Shown here: in pieces, positions 1 through 10,206 of the stretch
How positions within the stretch are numbered: the stretch's first letter is position 1
How the letters are laid out: each line of letters opens with the position of its first letter
Source of the DNA: Asterionella formosa
Lineage: Eukaryota
Reading direction: 5' to 3'
Assembly (NCBI GenBank): GCA_002256025.1
Contig: NKIB01015356.1
Location: 1-36,353, forward strand
Length of the DNA stretch: 36,353 nt
The notes under the pieces: model-generated
Database searches by the model: none
Seen by the model: only the letters and a program-made list of their open reading frames with translations
Told to the model about the DNA's origin: nothing
Program-made: the position numbers and the translations under genes

Positions 1-464
1 GACTGCTTACAGAATGATCCTGTTAATCATAACTAGATCATATCTAGTTTGCTTCTTTAATGTTCCTTGATGTTGCGGACATATCTGTAATTGTCTAGTC
101 AATCATTTATTGATTTGGCTTCTAGGTCTGATCGTCTTCTAGAGTCCAATTAACAGGTTAGAGAGAACTTCTCCTGAAAGTTCCTCTCTCAACTGTGGCA
201 TTTTACACGCGATATTTAACCATGTAATCTTGAATCAATCATCTAGTGGATTGTGGTACATGTTCCTAATCAGGTCACTAGAGGCGAAAATATATTGACA
301 CTCATAACCTGACCAGGAATCAGGAATCTCTATGGGTTTCAACTTTGTTCTTATATTATTGAAGCACCGGTAATAGTATTATGCTTGCCGTGTGTTATAA
401 TATATATTTTATGAATAATTAAAAACGACGCCCATCATCATTCTCATTCAATGAAAAAAGAAAG

Positions 465-1319
465 ATGATCCCCCTAATGATGAGGATGGTTCGTCGTCGC
501 TACGGTCCTACCTTTTGGCTCACTGCATCACTTTCTTCATCCGCAACATCATTACGCTCGTTGGCATTTGTCTCTCGACCTTCTCCTTCAATCATTACGT
601 TTACCTCGTCGTCGCCTTCTTCTTGCCGATCACCTCCTCGATTCATGACAACGGCATATCAGGGCGAACCAGGCGATGGAACCCTGGGATTGTCCAAACT
701 CTCGTACAGCCTTCCATTCGTGACAACACTCAACGATGGTCGGAAGGTCCAAGTTGGGCCCTTCCAGTCTCATGAATGGTCAACGGGAATGGAGTTGATG
801 AACCTAATTATCCGTGAAGGAAAATCGTGGCCTTTTGACGTAGAATTTGCAACCATGGAAGCCTTTCGAGGGTACTTTTTATCTCATACTGCCTTTGTTG
901 TTCGGGATATGGATCACGACAGTACTAGTACTGGTAGCGACAATGAAAATGACTGTAGCAAGGCAATATTGGGCTGTTTTTATATTAAACCTAATTATCC
1001 TGGACGATGTTCTCACATTTGCAATGGAGGATTCATTACTGCCCCTCATGCTCGACGGTTGGGGGTGGCCAAGCTTATGGGACAAGTATTTTTGCAATCG
1101 GCCAAAGAGTTGGGATACAAATCGGCATACTTTAATCTTGTCTTTCGATCTAACACGGCCAGTGTTGCATTATGGGAATCCCTTGGCTTTCAAAGGGTAG
1201 CAGTCTTGGAAAATGCTGCCAATCTCACTGGAGTCAATGGTCTTGATACAGCCTATGGATATCGATTTGATTTGGAAACTTTGAAAGATGACTACCTGCT
1301 CATAAGCCGTAATGTATAG
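465..1319 (+). CDS. GNAT N-acetyltransferase, Mpr1-like (L-azetidine-2-carboxylate acetyltransferase family), with possible N-terminal targeting peptide (alternative start 645)
   Basis: Intronless ORF. Motifs GCFYIKPNYPGRCSHICNGGF, ARRLGVAKLM (acetyl-CoA binding motif A) and FNLVFRSNTASVALWESLGF are typical of the Mpr1 subfamily. The first ~60 aa are Ser/Thr/Arg-rich with no acidic residues. Confidence 0.85.
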   Translation: MIPLMMRMVRRRYGPTFWLTASLSSSATSLRSLAFVSRPSPSIITFTSSSPSSCRSPPRFMTTAYQGEPGDGTLGLSKLSYSLPFVTTLNDGRKVQVGPFQSHEWSTGMELMNLIIREGKSWPFDVEFATMEAFRGYFLSHTAFVVRDMDHDSTSTGSDNENDCSKAILGCFYIKPNYPGRCSHICNGGFITAPHARRLGVAKLMGQVFLQSAKELGYKSAYFNLVFRSNTASVALWESLGFQRVAVLENAANLTGVNGLDTAYGYRFDLETLKDDYLLISRNV

Positions 1320-3130
1320 ATGTCTAACAACTACAGTCAACTCATTGATATATGAGCCAATAGTCCCTCCAACTTGAGAGAAGTTGGTAAATCCAAAAAT
1401 GCACAGTCGTTCATGGAAAACCATAACTTGACTCCCATGATGTAAACAATACTTGGTTTTTTGTACAAGTCTACAAGGATTGGCATGTTGGAAGTGAATC
1501 AACAGCTTACTCTCTCCCAGAAATTTGCGTGTTTGTGGGAGTGCATGTTCGGACTAGCAATAACCAATTAGTGTTGACAAAAACTACATAATGACATGGG
1601 GTTCATGCCAATGATCCTGGATTGATTAAATTTTTAGTAATCCTCCTGTTGACTTGCCAATGGACAAAAAGGGTATCTGTATTGCCACATAAGCCATGGA
1701 TCCATTTGTCAAATATGCCGACACAAAAATTGTCTGTAAAGATGTATCCAACAGTTCTGTTGAAGATTTGGAAGGCAACTTGAATGTTTGGGTTGATTTT
1801 CTCCTTCTTACTTGATCCATCTGTACAGTGAAATCACAAAGGCAGTTCACTTGGCAAATATGGAAATTGCTACCTAAGCAACCCAAACTGCACATGATTT
1901 TTGTATCAATGTTTTTTCAGCGTATTATGCTTCTTGGTCTCTGTTAGGATTTAATTAGGCATTTCTTTCTCATATACTAGTTCCACAGTTGATGATTCAC
2001 CAGACAAGCATTGGAGGACTGCAAGGAGGTTTCCTATTCTTTATCTCAACCTTTCCATGGTCTAGCTATTTAACTAAGAGTATATTGTTGGATGCAATGC
2101 TGTTAGAAAATGCAATCGTCTCTTTTTACTATGGATGTACTCCATCTAATTCCTTTGTTGTACATAGTACATGTTGTGATGCATGTTGTTCTTGTTGCTT
2201 TGTCCGAATAATAGTCGGGAGAGTCCTCTTGTGCATGAACAATGCATTCAGCTGTTTTGATGCTGCACGCAGCTAAATAATTCATTCTGATATTTATAAG
2301 TCTACCAGTCCTTACTGCTGGGCGCGCTTGGAAAGTAAAACAAATATTGCATGTGTGTATATGTATGCATATAAGATACATTGTTGTACTCATATTTCCA
2401 AAAATTGTGTTTGTGTTGACCAAATTTGGTAACTCCAGTTCGTACCTGAAGTTGTGACACCGAATTGGTGTCTCTCATTCTTTCATAACGAACAATGGCA
2501 ATAAGTCTTCGCGTCACAGTACAAGTGCAACCTTAGAAATAGTTAAAAATGGACAACTGTGGGTATCAATAGCAGACGAGGCAGATCAACCACCAACTTG
2601 TAGAATCGGACCTTTGGATGGAAGATGGCAATAATGTCAGTGATGAATTCATGGTACTTGAGGACAGTCAAGACAATACTGAAGTAGATCAAACATAAGA
2701 AACGTAGTAGCTATGCTGCAAATTCTTCTGATTCCATTGGAGCAACTCCTTCTGTTTTTGTAAACACTTTTGAGCGGTGGAGAACACCAGGCGCATCAAA
2801 AGAAGAGCAAAGAATTCTTCCATAAGGAGAAAAAAGAAACAATTTTTGTCACATAGTGTCCATGATTCCATCCAATGTAAAGGTTTTTCGGATGAATCAT
2901 GGATGCAAATGAAGTGGTTTAGGCTGCACTAGATAGACAAAAATTGTTTTATGGAAAAATAAGCAGCTCCAGGACATGTTGAGATATTTTATTTTATGGT
3001 TTTTCTAACTTTACCACTGGGATAAAAAATTCCATGGCAGGTAACTGGGATCAGCCCAACAAACGTGGTGACGCCGGCATGTATGTAGCAGAGGAAGGTT
3101 GCATGATGCAGGAAATGGAACGTACATGAT

Positions 3131-5430
3131 CTGCAAGTTGCGGTAATTTTGCAGAACTAAGGATTTAGCTGTTTTCATCTCATATTAAATTTCTTATTAA
3201 GCAAAATGACCGCATCTGGTTGTTGTACCTGCAAGTTGCGGTCATTTTCCTGAAACGAACAACATGTTACCGGACAGCAACAGCATATTTTATCATATAT
3301 ATAAACAACATCTTCTCTTCATAGCACGATTCAGTGAAATAAATAGCGGGATTCTTTTAATTGCAAGAACGAGAACACAAAGCATATGACTATAACTTTT
3401 AGGAAATTCCTATGAAATTCAGGAAATGACTATGACTTTCAGGAAACATCAGGAAACGTAAGGAAATTTCAGGAAATGCATGGAATTTTTTGATCTAAGG
3501 ATTTAGATGTCTTTATCTGATATTGAGTTGTTTATTTAAACCATATGACCGCATCTGGTTGTTGTACCTGCAAGTTGCGATCATTTTCCTGAAATGGACA
3601 ACGTGTTACCAGACAGCGACATATTTTATCACATATAAACAGCATCTTCTATTCATAGCACGATTCAGTGAAATAAATAGCGGGATTCTTTTAATTGCAA
3701 GAACGAGAACACAAAACATATGACTAGGACTTTCAGGAAATTCCTATGAAATTCAGGAAATGACTGTGACTTTCAGGAAACATCAGGAAGCAAACGTAAG
3801 GAAATTTTAGGAAATGCATGGAATTTCTTGAATTCTCCAAAAAAAGTTCTGGCCAAAGTGAAAAACCTCATATCCTTCGTTCTGGATTTCACGTACCAGG
3901 TACCCTACCAGTATTAGTTAGGATAATTTGAAAGATTGTTAGTGGTGTTACTAACAAATATATATATATAGCCTGTACGGAGTAGTCTGTATGTATGGCT
4001 GGGTGCAATTTTTGGGGCCAGGAAGTAGACGCCATACATAGGCCTAGTATTAGCAAAACCCCTAATCCTACTGTATACAATATTTTGCGCCTAAAACCCA
4101 TGTTAAAATCACATTGACCATGTTGGTATTATTCTGTTGATTTACTAAACAATTTTCAAACCTCCTGCGCCACTTGATTTATCAACATAATCGCCATGAG
4201 AAGCGCCATCAGCAAATGCATTAAGTGGCGCGGGAGCATACAATTTGGTTCATATATGCTCTAGTTTGCGTTGAGTAGTATGGCAAATATACGGCTACCT
4301 CCTGACCAACCAATTCACGTTCAAAAGCTCTTGAGCGTAACAAAGTGGGCTATCTGGAGTTGAAACTGTACAGAAATGCCTCACATACGGTCCTATAGGA
4401 GTTACAATTAAGCTACTACAGTTCATCATGAATGACCAATAATATCATGTAGAAGTTGCAATGAAGATACAACAAACATTACGCAATGGGCTTCGATTTC
4501 ATGTTCGTCATGAATGAATGCAACAACGACAACAACGAGATTGTGGATGCGTGTGTACATTATTCATATGGATGTTATTTATATAGAACATTTTACTTAA
4601 GCTAAAATTATGTTGTACTGGTAGCCAGAATTATTTTGTACCAGTAACTATGATGGCTACCCAATGTAGTTTGGTGATGCATCCATCCATACTAGCTACC
4701 TAAGTTTCAGGATGCACCCAGCCATATAGATATGCATAGCATTTTACACTTGTACTAGGTACCATGATCATACAAAGTGTAGCCGAATATGCTGGTAAAT
4801 TATAGAAGCAGCAATTTTTGAAACCCTGATATAGTACAATTCCATTTTGTGATTCTCAACATCACACTTCCACCTGGCTTCCCCTTGCTCGTGAGTTCCT
4901 TCGCATGGGTCTTCTTATTGGTGAAAAAAGTTAAGACTATGTACAAACGGCTATACCGGTATGTTTATAGAAGTGTTAGTAACACCTACAGGCATTTCAA
5001 ATGATCCTACCGGTAACTATTACCAATAGGGAATCTTGTACGGTACTCTAAATCCAGAACGAAGGATGTGCGGGTGTTCACTTTGGCCAGAAAAAACTTA
5101 TTTTGGAGACTTCAGGAAATTCCATGCATTTCCTGAAATTTCGCTACGCATTTCGTTACGTTTCCTGAAGTTTCTTTAGTTTCCTGAAAGTCATAGTCAT
5201 AGGCTGTGAGTTCTCTTTTTTGCAATTAGAAGAAAATCGTGCTATGAATAGAAGATGTTCTTTACATAAATAATAAATATGTCGCTGTCGGGTAGCACGT
5301 TGACCATTTCAGGAAAATGACCACATTTTGCAGGTGCAACAAACAGATGCGATTATTTCGCTTAAATAAATAATTAATATATGATAAAGACAGCTAAATC
5401 CTTAATTCAACAAAATTACCGCAACTTGCA
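3131..5430. mobile_element. Non-autonomous foldback / long-TIR DNA transposon-like element
   Basis: Left arm 3131-~4010 is the diverged reverse complement of right arm ~4710-5430. Examples: CTGCAAGTTGCGGTAATTTTG at 3131 vs CAAAATTACCGCAACTTGCAG ending ~5430; TTCGTTCTGGATTT ~3876 vs AAATCCAGAACGAA ~5050; TATGGCTGGGTGCA ~3994 vs TGCACCCAGCCATA ~4713. No transposase ORF and no clear TSD. Confidence 0.65.
3157..3830. repeat. Tandem duplication, two units of ~338 bp
   Basis: CTAAGGATTTAG starts at 3157 and 3495. Long shared blocks follow (TGACCGCATCTGGTTGTTGTACCTGCAAGTTGCG, CATAGCACGATTCAGTGAAATAAATAGCGG, AGGAAA arrays). Confidence 0.9.
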
Positions 5431-5703
5431 GGGAGCCGCACTGCACTGCCTTAATACTGGCACTATGAGAACCCCAGAATTGTGTTCTCAACACAATTCT
5501 GAAGACAATTCTTGGGTTCTCAAAATTAATCAATTCAATATACATTTTATTCATGTATGGATGTATATAAATAGCTTTATTTTTTAATTCTTGGCAGTGC
5601 GCCTCCAAGATTTTGTGCGATGTGTTTCCTCAAACGATGTCATAAAAATAAGTAACATCATCAATCAAATCATAGAATCGTTTCATCATTATATTGTCGT
5701 ACC

Positions 5704-6417
5704 ATGTTGAATCTCCATGTCCCTGCCTGGTTCGGCACTATTGCAAGGCACGAGAAGAACGCGCTCACAGTTGCAATTCTCGACAAGGACTGGGAAAGGA
5801 CGCAAATAGAGTGCATCGAACATCCAGCCATGGCACGCGCCTGGTGTCATGACTCTGTCGACGGAACCCATGAGAGCCGCGCCTTGCCAATACATTTGGC
5901 CGTAGCCTCCAAGGAACCCTCACTCGAATCCATCGGCGCCTTGGTGCAGGCGTATCCCGATAGTCTCGTCTGTAAAGAGTCCTCCGGGCTTCGCACTCCC
6001 CTCCATTTGGCATGTCTCTCGCAAAACTCGGATTCAGAGATCGTTCAGTTCTTGCTGCAATACAATCCAGATGCGGCACTTATTGTGGATCGAATTGAAC
6101 GCTTGCCCATTCATTACGCATGTGCTAACAATAGAGTTGTTTCTGGAATAGATGCTCTCTTGGATCGCTTTCCTGAAACATCGCAACGTCGGGATGGGCA
6201 AGGGTGGTTGCCACTGCACATTGCTTGCCACTATGGGGCGCCCTTGCACACCATCCAGAGATTGGTGGCAATGCATCCCGAGGCTGTGGTGGCACTGACT
6301 CCACTCGACCGTCAGACCCCAAGGGCTCTCTTGCGACTAAACGACGATATGGATTCTAAAGAAAAGGAAGGCATATTGAAATTAGTGACTGTAGGAGGGA
6401 TACTACCTGAAGTGTAA
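5704..6417 (+). CDS. Ankyrin-repeat protein
   Basis: Four ankyrin-type repeats: LPIHLAVA, TPLHLACL, LPIHYACA, LPLHIACH, each followed by LL..YP/FP/HP-type spacers. Confidence 0.85.
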   Translation: MLNLHVPAWFGTIARHEKNALTVAILDKDWERTQIECIEHPAMARAWCHDSVDGTHESRALPIHLAVASKEPSLESIGALVQAYPDSLVCKESSGLRTPLHLACLSQNSDSEIVQFLLQYNPDAALIVDRIERLPIHYACANNRVVSGIDALLDRFPETSQRRDGQGWLPLHIACHYGAPLHTIQRLVAMHPEAVVALTPLDRQTPRALLRLNDDMDSKEKEGILKLVTVGGILPEV

Positions 6418-6658
6418 GGATGGACGTGAATTGGTCGGGAGTTTGGAAAATAGCTTTAACCTGGCTCTGAAGGGGTAGGAGTGAGATAGTATTACATGGT
6501 AATAACGATATTCTGCAATCACTTGTATTTATTAGTAGAAAATGAATCACTCCCTTTCGTGGTGACATTCGAGTCTTGAACGGAATGATGTTTCATCATA
6601 TTCCAATCTTAATGTGTCGTTATTATAGCTGAGTACTATCACATACAAAGAAATCGCG

Positions 6659-7723
6659 TTATTCTTTCATTTCCGTCTTGATTTTTTCCACAATCTCCTC
6701 CAATTCGTCTAATTCTTGCTCCCCGGGATACAGTTTCCCTCCAATTTCCCAAGTCGGATAACCAGGAACTTGTTTTTCCTTACAGTAACTGGTCTGCGAA
6801 TTTATTCCATCCTTGGCACATTCTATATATTGTACTTTACCAAAAGCTTCCTTACCCAACGTCATTTTTTGATCAAAGCAATGATTGCACCAAAAGGCTC
6901 CAAACATGTGTGCATCGAGTCGTTCCAAGTCTTGTGCAAGTACCAAGGCTCGTAAGGACGATGACTTGGTTATTGGTGGTGGTGCTTGTGGCTCCGTAAA
7001 TGATGGTGGTGGAGGAGACGTACTACTCGTAGAAGCATCGGCATGAAAGGCGAACAAGGATACTGCCAACACACTGGTTGCCACAAAACTTGTTATACTT
7101 GCCGCAAGTCCTTCTTGTCGTCGTGGTGTAGGAGTATTGGGTAAGCATCCTCCAAACCATGCACAAGCTCCCAATGTCCAACTCAATATAGCAGATGCCA
7201 TGCAGTAGGGACAGGAAGCATGTAGTATTCCAAAGAGAAGGTACACGAGAAAGGAAGAAAACGTTGCCAAACTGGTTGATACACAAAGGAGGGCTATGCG
7301 ATTGTTTGTGTCGTCAATGTCGTAGTTTGGTGTAAGACAAAGTATGACTGCTACAGCGTAGGAAGCCAACCCCAGTGCCGAAAGGGGAAAGCCAGTTCCA
7401 AAAAGTAGGGCGTATGGGCCATTCAAAACATTTCCGCAACTTGCATCAATCCCACACAAGGTGTCGTATCCTTGCAGCTTGTTGTACGTCAAATACGCCG
7501 TTTCAATAACCCCCAGGGATGCTGTGCCTGCCATGAAGGTTCGCAGGGAAGGATTCCAAATGGGCGACAGTGCGTCTTGCTGGTTATTGCTATCCTGGGA
7601 CTCTTTCCTCAGTTGAGATGACTTGAACTTGGACCAGGGCCGTTGCGCTGAAGGGACAAAGGCAGAGCCAATGGAGGCAGGGGCGAGCAGACAAGTTGTC
7701 GCAATGCAGACGAGGGCCTTCAT
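6659..7723 (-). CDS. LTO1: Plastid thylakoid thiol-disulfide oxidoreductase LTO1 (VKOR domain + thioredoxin-like domain)
   Basis: Signal peptide with GSA-FVP (ASAFAP-type) cleavage motif. VKOR loop cysteines C-x5-C (LCGIDASCGNVL), CPYC active site and TM helices. C-terminal Trx-like domain with WCNHC, YIECA and GYPTW. Confidence 0.92.
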   Translation of the reverse strand: MKALVCIATTCLLAPASIGSAFVPSAQRPWSKFKSSQLRKESQDSNNQQDALSPIWNPSLRTFMAGTASLGVIETAYLTYNKLQGYDTLCGIDASCGNVLNGPYALLFGTGFPLSALGLASYAVAVILCLTPNYDIDDTNNRIALLCVSTSLATFSSFLVYLLFGILHASCPYCMASAILSWTLGACAWFGGCLPNTPTPRRQEGLAASITSFVATSVLAVSLFAFHADASTSSTSPPPPSFTEPQAPPPITKSSSLRALVLAQDLERLDAHMFGAFWCNHCFDQKMTLGKEAFGKVQYIECAKDGINSQTSYCKEKQVPGYPTWEIGGKLYPGEQELDELEEIVEKIKTEMKE

Positions 7724-8495
7724 TGGATCGTTCGCGACAACAGAGGATGGAGCAATTGTCCGTTCGGTGCTTCTGTTGAAGGTTACAAACTATGTAGGAC
7801 AATACATATAATGGTATATGTAGTGATCGGCATCCACATTATTTCCGTTCAACAAAGGAAATGCAAAACTGTAATTTAAAATTAAAATATACTAATACAC
7901 TAATGTGCTCTGTGATACATTCTAGGATACATTTTCTCTACCGTTACTGGTACAAGGTACCAGGTACACTATTGAAATGCAGGTATACACGGCGTAGCTA
8001 GCTACTGATCGTACCGGTAATTAATTAAACTCTATGCTGTGCACGCAGCGCGCATGAGGATAATGATGTCAGCACCCACTATGATTCCGGTATGTACCTG
8101 TATCTGGTATCTACCGTAGTCACCGGTGAACCGGTACCAGGTACTATACTTGTTTCTAGTACTAGTACCACATACCTGATACTACAGATACCGCCCCACC
8201 AGGTGGTGTAAACAAAAATGACCACGTTCGTTTCACCTTGTCAAGAGTTCCTCACACTTTTCCTTGCTGAAATAGCTCGCGTTCTTGTGGCTTCGTCCGC
8301 CTGCTAGAATATACAAGGCTGCCGGGGTTGTTCGTCACCAGCAAACAGACTATGAGTCGTGTACCGGTATGTCAGTTCGTGGGAGATTTTCTCGCAAGTC
8401 CCGTTCTGGGTGGCACTTGGTATTTTTTATAAGAATCAACTTCCACAACCACATGATCAAAGAACGCCAGCCAGAAAGGAATTGGCCCTGATAAT

Positions 8496-8754
8496 CCTAC
8501 GTAGGGTACCTACCCATATGTTGCGGTAGACTTTTTCCGTCCGGACAACCGGTGCCGTACCGCAATGCTGTAGAAGACATAAAAATAAACAACCTGGTAC
8601 CATAACGTCAACAGGCCTACGTACGGTACCTACCTATATGTTGCGGTAGACTTTTTCCGTCCGGACAACCGGTACCCCCCCCGGTACCGCAATACTGTAG
8701 AAGACATAAAAATAAACAACCTGGTACCAGTACCAGTACCATACCGGCAACAGG
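8496..8754. repeat. Tandem duplication, two units of ~120 bp
   Basis: CCTACGTA.GGTACCTACC.ATATGTTGCGGTAGACTTTTTCCGTCCGGACAACCGGT...CAACAGG occurs at 8496-8615 and 8616-8754. The second copy carries small insertions. Confidence 0.92.
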
Positions 8755-10206
8755 GATTCTTAGACTCTCACTTCTGGATTATAGCTGCTAATTAGTGTAA
8801 TGAAGGAGTATGGTACTGGGACCAGTCAAAAGCTGCTTAAGACGACTCTAAAGCAAATTAAATTTTTTTCAGCCAATCCCAATTAAAACCCTTTGAATAG
8901 AGGTCAATCAATGCATGTACCAGATAAATGAATCATTTTAACAATTGGAAGTATATAATATCTTACAATACAGCACTTATAGGCATTAGAATTCTTCCAT
9001 TTTAGCTGTCATGGTCCATCATCCAGTGCAACCAGCATGGTGGGGGTGATGGATTGGTTGGCATTACTAACTAAGTCAACAACAATGATGCTAGTTGCAA
9101 TTTCAAATAATATTTCACTTGATACATGAAGAAAGAGATTAATCTATGCAGTGCCAAATTAAGTTGCATCCTTTAAGTGCTAGGCTTTTTCTCCTTCACA
9201 TTACCTAGGGCAGATAGTATAACGTAGACAACATGTGCTCCATGTGTATAGTGAAGCGATGACAACACTACCGAAATGCACAGGATGATTTTAGAATATA
9301 TGCACTGGGTGCCAACACTGGTGGTACCTGGTACCAGGTAAATTGGTACTTACCAGGTAAATTACCTTGTACCTGGTAGTTACTGGTACTCGACACGATA
9401 ACGGCGTATGAAACAGTGGGGTTCTCCACTCGATGATACAAATGGTTTATTTATTGGGACGATCAAAAGGCCCATGACAGAATTGCAATCATCGTTTTCG
9501 GAATATCCTTGACACGAATCAGCCAATGTACCGTTACCTTACGAAAGAATCGGCACAGCGACCTGTACCAGGGAGCCCCTAGGCGGGTTACCGTTTACTC
9601 CCGCAGCACGTTTGATTTACATACCCGGGTGATACAGTTCCCACATGTTATATACGTCCTATACCTGCTACCAGGTGTACCGCGTAGGAGTACCAGGTAC
9701 TGGTACCACATCCCAACTACCTACGGTTGGCATCGGTGTCACAACGAAACAGTCAAAAGCGCATCAGTGCATCATACGGGATTGTGGTATCCGGCCGGAC
9801 TCTTGTATGGACATGGCCAATCGATTTCGAAAAAATCCACGCCAGGTATGTTATCCTTCATGCATGAATATAGGAACGATAAAACGACCACCAGGAGCCT
9901 CCGGGTCGTCAGTTCGTTGAGTGTCTTTTTTCGTGATACGTCGGGTTCGACTTGGCGGATTTGAATGGTAACACGACACAGGAGAAACGAATTTTCCCGA
10001 TGACTGAAGATAATAACAGTCTTGCGGGCTTCTCAATCCTGTGTTAGTTACTTTTTAAAACTTCTGATAGAACGGCAACGACAATCTCAGTCCTGGCATG
10101 AGAGTTGATTGTGTTTCATTTGAACTGCAGCGTCTATTTATAACCTAGCTCGGCACAATCCACAGTTACGTTCGCAACAGCGGATCAAATCAGAACGGTG
10201 GAAGCA

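Noticed and set aside
3131..3830. CRISPR-like array suggested by recurring CTGCAAGTTGCG and AGGAAA motifs
   Set aside because: Spacing is irregular, the intervening sequences are themselves duplicated, there are no cas genes, and the context is eukaryotic.
9940..9960. GGTTCGACTT B-box-like motif
   Set aside because: No upstream A box or cloverleaf structure.
9509..9964. 151-aa ORF, and similar short ORFs at 12819-13500 and 24071-24490
   Set aside because: Several start at non-ATG codons, and their peptides (YQVPGT, VPGTGT) are translations of the GTACCAG repeat. No protein-like motifs.
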